The position numbers and the translations under genes are program-made. The notes beneath the pieces were generated by a model that saw nothing but the letters and a program-made list of their open reading frames with translations, did not search any database and had not been told where the DNA came from. A stretch of 64,000 nt of DNA from an uncultured Pseudomonadales bacterium (GTDB lineage: Bacteria; Patescibacteriota; Microgenomatia; UBA1400; PJMF01). Below, in pieces: positions 39,801-51,023 of this stretch. Position 1 is the stretch's first letter; each line of letters starts with the position of its first letter. The stretch is from the NCBI GenBank assembly GCA_964607285.1, contig CAZSJW010000007.1, forward strand, positions 3,079-67,078, written 5' to 3'.

Positions 39801-42800
39801 CTAATCAGCATACTTCTTTAAAAGTCTTTGAAGACTTACCACGTTCCTTACCAGCAGCAGAATTTCAAGTGGAGGAGTGACTCCTTCAGGGAGTTTAGCC
39901 ATAATAATGGGCAGTAGATGTGCTTTATCTTCAGTACTCGTCATGTTAAGCGCGTTTGGTACTTCCATAAGTACAGCTTGTCCAATATTGATAATCATAG
40001 CTTCAATACTATTTTCTGGGATAGCATTTCTCCTAAGTATAGCTGCTAGCAAACTATGAAAAAACTGCATGGTTTCTCCTTGCAACAACAGCTGTGCAAT
40101 GCTGCATTCCTCCGGTGTTAACTTCAAGTACATATGTCGATCAAGAACCGCCGCAACAGGCTTGGGACTGCTGAACAAATGCTTCCAATTCCTTATTGGA
40201 TGTGGATTAATCATGTAGTTTCCCAGATGTGGATCTGAGTGCAATAACTGAACATTTCTACCATCTAAGGTGGACGATTGCTGCTCTTGAATTTGAGATA
40301 CAAATAAACGCATCAGCTCCTGAGCAACATGCTTTTTGTCCGCGTACGGCGTACTGGCATCAGCGAAATATGCATTCATTGTTTGTCCGGTAGCACGTGT
40401 TTCAATTTTGACCTTTTTAGAATTAAACAAGACTTTCGGTACTGAAAAATCAAATGTGCCAGATGTTAACTTGCGTACGAACGGAGCGTATAACTCGTCA
40501 TCCCTTTCAAAAGTTGCATCAGTAATTTCTGCCATACACCATGCATGAGCAGTACCAAGTAAGAGTTCCACGATCGAGATCTCATGTTGCCACTTGGTAT
40601 CTTCAGAATTCTTTAATTCTTCAACTACCTTTTTCAGTGCTAAATAACTTTCTGTAACGATGCTTTCTGCATTGGGATTGAGAAACTTAATTACAGCTGA
40701 AGTTTTCCTGCCAAAACGACTTGCTAGTGTCAATTCAAAAGTAGTAAATAAACTACCACCACCCAAGTACTCTCCTATGCTGACTTTTCTAGAGCGAAAA
40801 AAAGCCGATAGTTTTGGGTCAGAATCTAGCCATTTTCTCAGATTTTCTAGCGCAAAGATTTTCTCAATTCCTGGATTACGATCCAAACTATTATCCAATC
40901 GCGCTTCAACCTCTGGAGAAAAAGAGTACATTTGACGCGCAAGCTGCAAACATTTCACACCAACTGGACTAGACCATTCCACGGCCGAAATAACTGTCTC
41001 AAGTGCATGGCTAATTTTTGTTTGCTGTTCAAGCGTTACATCATTTCCAGCTTGTTCGGCAACATTTTTACCATTAACAGGTGGCAATGTTTCTAATCGA
41101 CTATTGAGGATACTGTAGATTTCACGAAATACCTGGTCGCTACGCTCTGCCTTCTGCGATATCCAGGCATGGGGAGATGTGCTGTAGTTATGGCTTGTAA
41201 CTCTAATTTGATCAGTTGAAGCAGCCAATATTCGCTTTAGTTGCGCCTTATCTGCAATTTTATTTGCAATTTTTGGATTTTGTAGTAACTCTGCCACATC
41301 TACCCGTGCCACTGCCAATCCTTGAAATAATAGTGGACTAATTAACCTACTTGCCGATAATGCTACGAGCTTTGTGTTACCATTAGTTATTGCAGCTTTC
41401 ATGAGCAACTCAACAAATTCATTTTCTAGTCCTACCGCCTTCTTAATTACATCAAACAGCTGTGTTCGAGCATTTTTATTAGCAAGCACTCCATGACGCT
41501 CAGTCAGCGCTTTGGTTGCCAAAAAGAAACGCGCTGTTTCAGACATACCCTTCAGTAGAGAAATCAGATCAGAGAATGAAATAAATAAACTGGTTTTTCT
41601 TGCCGCAAATTTCCCTTGCTCTGGTATGAACGTAGCGGATAATTCCCTACCCACCCCAGACCTTTCCGCCGTTATATTGAACTGACTCCAGAGAGCAGCT
41701 AACTTTGTGCTAGCTTGCTTGGAGCCATCATCCGTATCATCTGAGGTTTGAAGAACCTCTAACTGTTTGCCAGAGAAAAAATGATTTGCCAATTCCAGAG
41801 CAATGAATCCAAGTGTTGCGTCGTTCGGTGATTCTAGCAGCTTGTCAATTTGCTCATGCATTGCAGCATATAGATATTGATAGTCTGAAAAGTCATGGAT
41901 AGTCTTACCAATCACTATCAGTCCTTCCGCACCTATATCTGCAAAATTATCTAGCAAGACTATAACTCGTCTTTTGAAAGGAATTGCAGTATTGGCAATG
42001 TACTTTAGATTTATTCTTCTCAATATTGCAACCGTTTCAAACGTATTTTTAGGCAGAAATCTTAGAACGATTTCATGAATCTCAATAACACTCAATTTGG
42101 TTGACGTCACATTTAGAAGCTCAAGTAAATTTTCACGATACCTCTCACCCAATACAACCAGCCATGGTTCTTGAGAAAATATGTCGGAAAATCTCCCTTC
42201 ATCGTCGCCTTTTGTTAGATTGTAAAATGGATCCTTAAAAAGGGAATAAAAAACTTTTAACTGTTGTACAAGCTCGGCAATACTCATTGCTTTTGGCAAC
42301 ATCTGCAGTTTTTCAGCCACCGCAGTCGCCATTGGCATGTGGTGAAACTGATCTGCTGGCAATGTAAAGCTACTACTTGTTCCAGAATTGTTTGCCACCC
42401 AATGTTGCTGAATGGTATTCATAGCAAATTGACTTACTGACCAGTGAGCACCTGATCCTTTATTAAGGTAAACGAAAAACCTAATTTGTTGTTCGAGTGA
42501 GAGCTGCTCTATAAAGGGTGAAATGCCAGAAATCGCCTCCTGCAACAAAGGGAGACTTTGTGCATCCAATGATGGCAACATCTTAGATAAGATATTTACC
42601 TTGATTAGTGCTTTTAAAAATAGGGAATTGAATTCATCGGAAGCTTCTATGTTTCCATTTGGATTGCGACTCAGTGATTCAGCAGGAGATTTTGCCAAAA
42701 ATACTAAAGGATCATTTGTTGTTTTGACATCTAATGAATCGACGTATCTAAATAGCAGCTGCACAGTTTCCTGCAAAGTAACTTCAGACATGTATTTGTG

Positions 42801-44585
42801 TTGCTCTAAATACCTAAGTAAGATCTCAATTGGTTCTGCGGAGCAGTACTCTTCCGAGTTGGAATTGCCAAATGAAGATACTAAATACCTATCAATTAAT
42901 TCCTGAATTGTTGGGATACTACTTACTTCTTTCTTAAGAGATAGACCAAATACTTCTGCGATTACCTCGTACAATTGCGCTTCATTAGACCCAGGCGCAC
43001 TTTCCTCATAGAGATCTACTATTTGATTTCTAATCATTTCTGGTGGGAAAATATGCAGTTCTTTTGCTGTAGTGAAAAATTTTATTGCTTCTTCTCGAAC
43101 AAATACTTGATTAACCCATGCAACATCTGCGATTCGCATCATCCAAATACTGCATTTTTCTCTAAATTGGTGTATGTGTGTCGTTGCAGTATTGAATATA
43201 TTTCCGCTTGTCAAATTAAACCAATACATGAAAAATGTCATTTTCTTAAACTCAGAGTTCCAGGTATTATTAACCATTATTTTTTTATGCAAAGTCAATA
43301 ATTTGAAGAACAATTCTGGACTTAGCTCTAGTATATTTTTTTTACTAAAATCGGTGATAAATGCACTGAAGACATCTGGGCAATCTACTCTATTTTGGAC
43401 TGCATAACCAAAAATATTTTGATACATTTGTAGTAAAACATTTCTATTTTCCAGCTCCTCCAATGCATCAATGAAAGTTCCTACTTCCTCTAGGGATGAA
43501 AACAGATGAGTTGGGAATTCCATGTTACGACTAAAATTCAGACTGAGGCTCATTTCAAAAATAACTCGCTCATCTTGCGAGTATCCGGCATCCGCTATGC
43601 GCCTAGAGATCTCAGCAACCAAAGCTGTACGAAGTTTTATCCACACAAAATAATTATACGAATCAAAATTCCTCTGAATTCGATTTATTACATAAAACAG
43701 ATCTCTCCCATGCAGTGAACCTAAAATATTCGATAAAACAGTCAACTGTTCACCTTGTTTTCTTGTAGCTTCATCGTCGGATGCGTACACCAAACTACCT
43801 ATAAGCTCAGCATTTGTCGGCTTAATGCTTGTTGTATGTAGCGGTTTCGACAAGTCCTTAAGGCTCAAGTGACTTGTTGCCGAATCTCGCAGGTGATGGA
43901 CAGCAGCAGATAGAACCGCTGAGTGTAACTCCTTAGCTACAGTCTCAATTGCTCTGGTGTTGTATCCCGCTTGCTCAAGAATTTCCAGACTTTCTTTAGC
44001 TGCTACTGCTTCATGCGCCCTACCTAGGGCGTATCCATGCAATGCAGAAATATCCGATGCAATTTCAGCTGTAAGTGCGGACTGCCTTTGCAACTTTGCT
44101 ACCTCAGGAGCTAGCACAGCAGCCAGCTCGTCCTCTGAGTGAACTCTGTTCAAAGCAGACTGAGTAACACAGACCGTGCCATCTGCAAACGATGTCACTT
44201 TCGGTTCCAACCCTCGTTTTAGAATGATTACTCTGATTTTCTTATTGGTATCTCGGAATAACTTTCTCAATATATTATTTATGTAGTTGCATCTCTCAGT
44301 GTCCAGCTCGCCTTCTCCTGTTTGAAAGAGATAATTAATTTCTGATAGAATCTCAGATGCAAGAATGTCCTGAGTTCTAACAAGTTTTCCTTGTTGCCGT
44401 TCTAAAAATGATAATATTGGATTTGCTGCTGCATCGACGGCAGTTTGATTTTTAACTTCAATCGGTTGCAACAGTTGCAGCGCCTGTGAATCGGTAGGAT
44501 AATCACGATGGAATTCTTCCGGTCGCAGTGAAAGCTCGATTTTTTCTACACTCTGATTCATACTGAATGCCTTGCAACTAATCAT
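39801..44585 (-). CDS. giant multidomain protein (1594 aa): N-terminal degenerate M48-peptidase-like motif, long helical middle region, C-terminal ABC1/UbiB/ADCK-type atypical protein-kinase-like domain
   Basis: N-terminus: TSFADGTVCVTQSALNRVHSEDELAAVLAPEVAKLQ matches the M48 pattern NAFA-x-G...dELxAVLAHExxH, but reads PEVAK in place of HExxH. C-terminus: glycine-rich loop SIGEYLGGGSLFTTFEL, VAIK-like AVIKFLNP, catalytic loop HSDPHLGNYMINP (compare UbiB HADPHPGN), and LD in place of DFG. Confidence 0.65.
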   Translation of the reverse strand: MISCKAFSMNQSVEKIELSLRPEEFHRDYPTDSQALQLLQPIEVKNQTAVDAAANPILSFLERQQGKLVRTQDILASEILSEINYLFQTGEGELDTERCNYINNILRKLFRDTNKKIRVIILKRGLEPKVTSFADGTVCVTQSALNRVHSEDELAAVLAPEVAKLQRQSALTAEIASDISALHGYALGRAHEAVAAKESLEILEQAGYNTRAIETVAKELHSAVLSAAVHHLRDSATSHLSLKDLSKPLHTTSIKPTNAELIGSLVYASDDEATRKQGEQLTVLSNILGSLHGRDLFYVINRIQRNFDSYNYFVWIKLRTALVAEISRRIADAGYSQDERVIFEMSLSLNFSRNMEFPTHLFSSLEEVGTFIDALEELENRNVLLQMYQNIFGYAVQNRVDCPDVFSAFITDFSKKNILELSPELFFKLLTLHKKIMVNNTWNSEFKKMTFFMYWFNLTSGNIFNTATTHIHQFREKCSIWMMRIADVAWVNQVFVREEAIKFFTTAKELHIFPPEMIRNQIVDLYEESAPGSNEAQLYEVIAEVFGLSLKKEVSSIPTIQELIDRYLVSSFGNSNSEEYCSAEPIEILLRYLEQHKYMSEVTLQETVQLLFRYVDSLDVKTTNDPLVFLAKSPAESLSRNPNGNIEASDEFNSLFLKALIKVNILSKMLPSLDAQSLPLLQEAISGISPFIEQLSLEQQIRFFVYLNKGSGAHWSVSQFAMNTIQQHWVANNSGTSSSFTLPADQFHHMPMATAVAEKLQMLPKAMSIAELVQQLKVFYSLFKDPFYNLTKGDDEGRFSDIFSQEPWLVVLGERYRENLLELLNVTSTKLSVIEIHEIVLRFLPKNTFETVAILRRINLKYIANTAIPFKRRVIVLLDNFADIGAEGLIVIGKTIHDFSDYQYLYAAMHEQIDKLLESPNDATLGFIALELANHFFSGKQLEVLQTSDDTDDGSKQASTKLAALWSQFNITAERSGVGRELSATFIPEQGKFAARKTSLFISFSDLISLLKGMSETARFFLATKALTERHGVLANKNARTQLFDVIKKAVGLENEFVELLMKAAITNGNTKLVALSASRLISPLLFQGLAVARVDVAELLQNPKIANKIADKAQLKRILAASTDQIRVTSHNYSTSPHAWISQKAERSDQVFREIYSILNSRLETLPPVNGKNVAEQAGNDVTLEQQTKISHALETVISAVEWSSPVGVKCLQLARQMYSFSPEVEARLDNSLDRNPGIEKIFALENLRKWLDSDPKLSAFFRSRKVSIGEYLGGGSLFTTFELTLASRFGRKTSAVIKFLNPNAESIVTESYLALKKVVEELKNSEDTKWQHEISIVELLLGTAHAWCMAEITDATFERDDELYAPFVRKLTSGTFDFSVPKVLFNSKKVKIETRATGQTMNAYFADASTPYADKKHVAQELMRLFVSQIQEQQSSTLDGRNVQLLHSDPHLGNYMINPHPIRNWKHLFSSPKPVAAVLDRHMYLKLTPEECSIAQLLLQGETMQFFHSLLAAILRRNAIPENSIEAMIINIGQAVLMEVPNALNMTSTEDKAHLLPIIMAKLPEGVTPPLEILLLVRNVVSLQRLLKKYAD

Positions 44586-44658
44586 ACAACAATATTAAAT
44601 ATTACTCTATGGTCGTTGTAAAAAGTTGATTTCACTGACATTTTTGTATTTTCTGATT

Positions 44659-45273
44659 ATGCTCAAACAATCATTCGCAACTGCGCATCAGACCGTAACT
44701 ATTAGCACAACCAATCGTGGTGAAACTTTGGAGCAACTGCTACATGAAGAAGCTTTTTCAAAAACAACACCAGTATTTGCAGAGCAAGTCCATGGGGCTT
44801 TAGTAACTGTTGTGCATGACGCAATCACAGAACCACTTCCAGCAGCCGATGGCATGATAACCAAGAACCCAAATTTAACTCTGGTCATTCGCCACGCCGA
44901 CTGCCTACCCATTATTTTTTGGCATGACTCGGGCGTGTTTGGTGCGTTACATGCGGGGAGGAAGTCTACAGTTGCTGGCATCACTCCCAATGCACTCAAT
45001 GTACTGGAATCTGAGTTTGGGATCACAGAAAACGTCCAGTTTTGGTTTGGGCCGGCTATTTGCAAAAAATGTTATCAAATTGACCGAGAAAGTGACAAAC
45101 ATTTTGATCTCGCATCTGAAAACTCAGAGCAAATTGACACTTGGTTTGCCCAGCGTTCAAACACCATTCATACAAGTGATATTTGCACACTTTGCAGCAA
45201 CAATCAGTTCTACTCATACCGAGGAGATGGATCAAACACGACGATGAACTACACAGCGGTGCAGCTGCATTAA
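44659..45273 (+). CDS. YfiH/PgeF-family (DUF152, laccase-domain) purine nucleoside phosphorylase / peptidoglycan-editing factor
   Basis: Conserved AEQVHG, IRHADCLP and C-x-x-C...YSYRG residues. The track ORF starts at a TTG at 44626. Confidence 0.65.
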   Translation: MLKQSFATAHQTVTISTTNRGETLEQLLHEEAFSKTTPVFAEQVHGALVTVVHDAITEPLPAADGMITKNPNLTLVIRHADCLPIIFWHDSGVFGALHAGRKSTVAGITPNALNVLESEFGITENVQFWFGPAICKKCYQIDRESDKHFDLASENSEQIDTWFAQRSNTIHTSDICTLCSNNQFYSYRGDGSNTTMNYTAVQLH

Positions 45274-46088
45274 AATAGTTGAACTGAAAATTTGAGATTT
45301 AGCAGTTTAGTTTTTACAGCAGGGTATGGTATTTCTACTACGCCCGCTCCTTGCTTTGGCAATCTCTCTTGAACATAGTGTGCGCGTTTGTCACTCTTTA
45401 CAACTTCTGGATGATCTGGGGAGTAACCATATCGCTTCATCACATCTGCTTTTCTTGCGTCATATCCAACAATACCATCAGGAGACACACACATATCTGC
45501 ATACCACAATGCTAAAACATTGTGTGCGTGCCAACGTCTCTGCATTTGCCTATATCCAATGCTATAAATTAGTTTGCTAACTTTTGGCGAAAAACCTAGC
45601 CGTTCAACCATTTTTTTGGTGGCAATTTCCTCATCTTCACCCCACTGCTCCTTGAGTAAAAACTGCATGAAAAACCAATATCCTTCCTGGTCTTTCATAC
45701 CTGGCAAGAATTCCTTTATTTTAATCAAATTAGCTAGATCATGAAATAGTGCTGCAGTGCGAACCAATTCAGGATTTACTATACCCAAAATAAATTTTGC
45801 AAGTAGCCAATGCGCCACGGAGGAAGGTTCTTGCCACACTGTAGCCACGTACTCGGCGACGGTGGCAACAGCAAGCTGGTGCTCAATTATCATATCTGGC
45901 ACCTGCATGGCTTGATAGATTACTGGTAATGGAGTATCAATGGGTGGTTGTTTTTTGCGTGAAATAACTAACCAAAAATGGCGAACCTCTGTCGGAATGT
46001 ATACTGGCCTAAGCCAACTTCTGCCATTTTCACGTCCACCAGGTTTCATAGTGTGGCTTTCACAACTACAACTGAAAAACGCAGACAT
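45270..46088 (-). CDS. HD-domain phosphohydrolase (start uncertain; ATG candidates near 46088 and 45908)
   Basis: Motif H...AALFHDLANL. The track ORF begins at a TTG at 46136. Confidence 0.5.
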   Translation of the reverse strand: MSAFFSCSCESHTMKPGGRENGRSWLRPVYIPTEVRHFWLVISRKKQPPIDTPLPVIYQAMQVPDMIIEHQLAVATVAEYVATVWQEPSSVAHWLLAKFILGIVNPELVRTAALFHDLANLIKIKEFLPGMKDQEGYWFFMQFLLKEQWGEDEEIATKKMVERLGFSPKVSKLIYSIGYRQMQRRWHAHNVLALWYADMCVSPDGIVGYDARKADVMKRYGYSPDHPEVVKSDKRAHYVQERLPKQGAGVVEIPYPAVKTKLLNLKFSVQLF

Positions 46089-46354
46089 GTCCGAGCGGTA
46101 TGGAAGAACAGACAATTGGTACTTCTTTAATCCCAATCTTTGCTGTCAGTTCTTCCCTAAGCATGGTGAAGGCGCCATGCGTCCCGAGGAAGTGTCTAAG
46201 TTTTCCACTCCTCCACATGTAACAAACCCGCATATCTTGAGGGCTTCGAAGGTATGACTATTGCATCTGGAACGTATCGTTCTGTCGCAGTCATATCTTC
46301 GTGAGCGCAGTATTGCTGCGCGTCCCTCAAGTATATGCGGGCTTTGTTACAGTA

Positions 46355-47992
<1,638 letters not shown>

Positions 47993-48008
47993 TTAGAAAA
48001 TCAAAAAG

Positions 48009-48323
48009 TTACTTAATAGTAGCGAGTAAGTCCTCAAACTTGAGGAACTGGTACTCAACATCTGCGACCTTGAAGTCATTGCCACCCCATTTTTTGTAGA
48101 TGACTTTGTCACCTTTTTTAACTGGGCTCTCGACTTTTGCGCCATCAATCATGGTGGCAGCACCAACGGATAAGACTGTGCCATACAGTGGCTTTTCTTC
48201 GGCAGAATCGGGTAAGTAGATACCTGAAGCAGTTTGCTTCTCTTGCTTGGCTGGCTCAACCAAAACATAGCCTGGTAACGGAGTTACCTTTGCGATGGAG
48301 ACAGACGTATCGGTCATAAACAC
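48009..48323 (-). CDS. groS: co-chaperonin GroES
   Basis: ~100 aa with the mobile loop and GDKVIYKKWGG. Lies directly upstream of groEL. Confidence 0.9.
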   Translation of the reverse strand: MFMTDTSVSIAKVTPLPGYVLVEPAKQEKQTASGIYLPDSAEEKPLYGTVLSVGAATMIDGAKVESPVKKGDKVIYKKWGGNDFKVADVEYQFLKFEDLLATIK

Positions 48324-48463
48324 TCCTTAGAGTCAAATGGACTCGTACTTTTTACTTAGTGCAGACGTGCATACTACCACGGAGGCAGTAGTTTTGAAAG
48401 TTGCTCAACACAGTGTAATTTTCAACAGTGCGAGCTACGTTGGCAGTAATTGTCACTGACTGC

Positions 48464-48490
48464 TAAGCAGATACTATACGAGAGTGCTAA
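48464..48490 (-). promoter_or_regulatory. degenerate CIRCE-like operator upstream of groES
   Basis: Minus strand TTAGCACTC-TCGTATAGT-ATCTGCTTA: one perfect arm and one arm matching about 5 of 9, roughly 150 nt upstream of the groES start. Confidence 0.35.
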
Positions 48491-48516
48491 CGAGGTGTCA
48501 AGGGGTGGAGTTGCTA

Positions 48517-49080
48517 TTACTGATTTACCACAGACTTGGTCTGAGTACTAGAAAGCGTAGGCTGGGCTTGCCATTCTTCTTTAGTAATCCAAGTTTCACC
48601 TGTACTATAGAAGGATCTCTCCGAAAATATGGATGCACCACGTTGGGTAGATAGGTCTTGAATAATCCTAACAACTCTCAGCATTTCGTCAGAGAAATTT
48701 TCACTGTCAGGATACTTAACCATAGTACCATCTGCAGCAACCTCAAAATTATACTGTCTACCAGTATTCTCTGGTTTGACAAAAATTTCATCTGGAATAT
48801 CAATAGCTCCATCAAGATATTTAGCAATGGTTCTATACACAGCAACAAATGGTTGGTTTACTCCAGGAGCATAGTATAAGATGCGTGTCATCCCACCATG
48901 CTCCCAAGTATGAGGGTGAAAACCTTCAGGATGAGTGGCAGCAAGCCACTGTAAACTCGGGACGGGAGGATCAATTTCAAACAAGTTTTTGAAGTTTGGC
49001 CTAGGCCGTTCAGCAGTTTCTACACGGGCCTCTTCTACTTCAACGCCTTGTAATGCAGATTCGTCAAAAGGTGCAAACAT
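48517..49080 (-). CDS. hypothetical protein (internal ATG start; the track ORF extends to 49260 and overlaps the upstream gene)
   Basis: The ORF has no recognisable motif. The chosen start MFAPFDESALQG avoids overlap with the SPFH gene. Confidence 0.4.
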   Translation of the reverse strand: MFAPFDESALQGVEVEEARVETAERPRPNFKNLFEIDPPVPSLQWLAATHPEGFHPHTWEHGGMTRILYYAPGVNQPFVAVYRTIAKYLDGAIDIPDEIFVKPENTGRQYNFEVAADGTMVKYPDSENFSDEMLRVVRIIQDLSTQRGASIFSERSFYSTGETWITKEEWQAQPTLSSTQTKSVVNQ

Positions 49081-49093
49081 ATACTCTTGCCTT

Positions 49094-49780
49094 CTATTCA
49101 GAATGTTCTGCAACTTTTTTATCCGATTGCCCCACCATTTGTGGCTGCATCGGATAGTACGGCATGTACTGAGGATATTGCATTTCTTGTCGTTGCTCAT
49201 GCACAACGACCTCTTCTCGGCCACTGGCTGTCTTGAGCTTAGAAAGCAAAAAGCCTTCACAGTTTATGCCTTTATCTTTGAAGTATAAATTCAATTCATC
49301 TTTGACTCGCTGCTCCACCTGGGCACGATTGCGCTTAATTTCTTCTAGGGTCAAATCTGAAAAAACGCTCGCAATCTTGCTACGAGAAAATGGCCGCACA
49401 ACCTTGGACACAACATTCTCTCCTAAATTTTCCCATAGCTCGGGTGCATTATGTTTATCAATGCGGAACAAAACTGAGCCCTCAATAATTATATCTTTAC
49501 CTTCCTGAGTAGTAGTGTGAACTGGTTCATCACCCAATGCTTCTTGGTTTTTTGAGAAATCGAACCCATCACGGATCGAGTACTCGACCATCTGCGCATT
49601 AAAGAGCTTAGCTACTTGCCAAAAAGGAATCTTGAAATGTAACCCTGGGCCCCACACTCGAGGTAAAACTCCACGCCCTCGATCATATACACAAGCCACA
49701 TGACCAGGTGGTACCGAAATAAAAAAGCCACCAACAACTTCATCTACTAAAAATGAAACAACTAAGCGATCGAATTCCAT
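49094..49780 (-). CDS. SPFH/band-7 (prohibitin/HflC-like) domain protein
   Basis: N-terminal hydrophobic anchor followed by an SPFH-like core (VPPGHVACVYDRGRGV...VLFRIDKHNAPELWENLG). Confidence 0.65.
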   Translation of the reverse strand: MEFDRLVVSFLVDEVVGGFFISVPPGHVACVYDRGRGVLPRVWGPGLHFKIPFWQVAKLFNAQMVEYSIRDGFDFSKNQEALGDEPVHTTTQEGKDIIIEGSVLFRIDKHNAPELWENLGENVVSKVVRPFSRSKIASVFSDLTLEEIKRNRAQVEQRVKDELNLYFKDKGINCEGFLLSKLKTASGREEVVVHEQRQEMQYPQYMPYYPMQPQMVGQSDKKVAEHSE

Positions 49781-49822
49781 ATATGTATTGTACCGTATTT
49801 CGGCAACCTTTGCGTATCTGTT

Positions 49823-50617
49823 CTACTTGGTATCAGCTAAAACTGCGTCATGCGGTGCATCAGTCGGACCAGCACCAGCGGATTTCTCCTGATAACGCTT
49901 GATCATTCTGAGCGCAACTTTGATTAAGGTCAAGATGATACTGAAGATTAGTGACGTGATGACAAATAACTTCTTCCCAGCTGGCAACGCCATAAATACC
50001 ACAAATGAAACTAATGGTAAAACTAGTTGCAAACGCACTACCTCATCACGGCGAACAGGATACGGAGAAGTGTATAAAGAAATTGTTTCTAGCACGAAAA
50101 TCAGCAGAGACTGGATTGCATTCAGAGAATAGCTAGTGTGTGACAGATCAAACAAGCCCATAAAGTTCAAATTGAATGGCAACGCAACATCAGGCATGAT
50201 TGGATATATCAAATGAATATCCTCACCTGGCAAACCAGTAGAGAACATTTTCCACAACATCAAAGCAATAACCACTTGAATTGCAAGGTTGATTAGTTCG
50301 GAAACTAACACACGGCGATTAGTTTTAAATACGTTCTTTTTCTCTTTTTCTAACCTAATTGGATCAGATGCGTATGCTGCTTCCAATTCTTTAACTTTTT
50401 CAGCAATCTCCCTACGCTCCTTCTCTGAACGATCACCTGCTATCGATAACGGTAGCAGAAGTACTCTGATGAAAATTGTCAGCAAAATAACCGCTACACC
50501 CATATCTGGTTTGCCATCCATTACGAACCCCAAACACCAATAAAAAAACACAATGACATTAAAGAGTGGCTGATAAATAAATGTAATAAATAGTTCTGCC
50601 ATGAAAAATACGGCCAA
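49823..50617 (-). CDS. yidC: YidC/Oxa1-family membrane protein insertase (short form)
   Basis: Conserved TM2 region VAVILLTIFIRVLLLPLSI and five TM helices. Confidence 0.7.
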   Translation of the reverse strand: MAVFFMAELFITFIYQPLFNVIVFFYWCLGFVMDGKPDMGVAVILLTIFIRVLLLPLSIAGDRSEKERREIAEKVKELEAAYASDPIRLEKEKKNVFKTNRRVLVSELINLAIQVVIALMLWKMFSTGLPGEDIHLIYPIMPDVALPFNLNFMGLFDLSHTSYSLNAIQSLLIFVLETISLYTSPYPVRRDEVVRLQLVLPLVSFVVFMALPAGKKLFVITSLIFSIILTLIKVALRMIKRYQEKSAGAGPTDAPHDAVLADTK

Positions 50618-50642
50618 GCCGCTCCAATACCAAACTGTGCAA

Positions 50643-50996
50643 CTAGCTAACTAATTGTTGTTGATCCCCCAAAATTCCCTCCATGAGTTGCAATGCATCA
50701 CGAAGCGAAGTCACTAATTCATGAGAAAGTTCCAACACTTCATCATCAAATGGCAACTCATCCAAAACTAAGTTTGAGTCGTCCACTAGTGCATCGAATG
50801 CTTGATTCACAAACTCACCATATTCTTCTATCCAAAGACTTCTATCATGGGATGAAAGGTGTAGAACATGATGTAGCAACGCTTTAATTTGCTGTATCTC
50901 TCTATTTTTCAGGAACAATCTAAACTTAGAGGATGAATCAACTGGAACTACGTCTTGATATGGTGAAGTATGCAAAGTTTTTTTTGACGAGCGCAT
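50643..50996 (-). CDS. hypothetical protein
   Basis: 117-aa acidic ORF. Confidence 0.3.
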   Translation of the reverse strand: MRSSKKTLHTSPYQDVVPVDSSSKFRLFLKNREIQQIKALLHHVLHLSSHDRSLWIEEYGEFVNQAFDALVDDSNLVLDELPFDDEVLELSHELVTSLRDALQLMEGILGDQQQLVS

Positions 50997-51023
50997 ATTT
51001 TCTCATTATAGCACTTCTACTTA

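Noticed and set aside
39801-44585. Interpretation of the 1594-aa protein as an RHS/YD-repeat or polymorphic toxin
   Set aside because: No YD or RHS repeat periodicity, no PAAR/VgrG-like N-terminus, and no obvious C-terminal toxin/immunity pair. The GNAT downstream is not a typical immunity protein.
46102-46156. Possible tRNA (GGAAGAA...TTCTTCC ends)
   Set aside because: It is only 55 nt and has no D/anticodon/T-arm architecture, so it is a plain hairpin (reported as part of the structured region).
45940-46257. 105-aa plus-strand ORF in the groEL-HD intergenic region
   Set aside because: It overlaps the structured inverted repeats, shows no coding-like composition, and starts with a non-ATG start codon.
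46137-46354. SRP RNA / 6S RNA / tmRNA / RNase P RNA in the groEL-downstream region
   Set aside because: No conserved motifs of these RNAs were found (for example the SRP domain IV GGAA tetraloop context, the tmRNA tRNA-like end, or the RNase P GNAAAGUCC box). It is kept only as an unclassified structured element.
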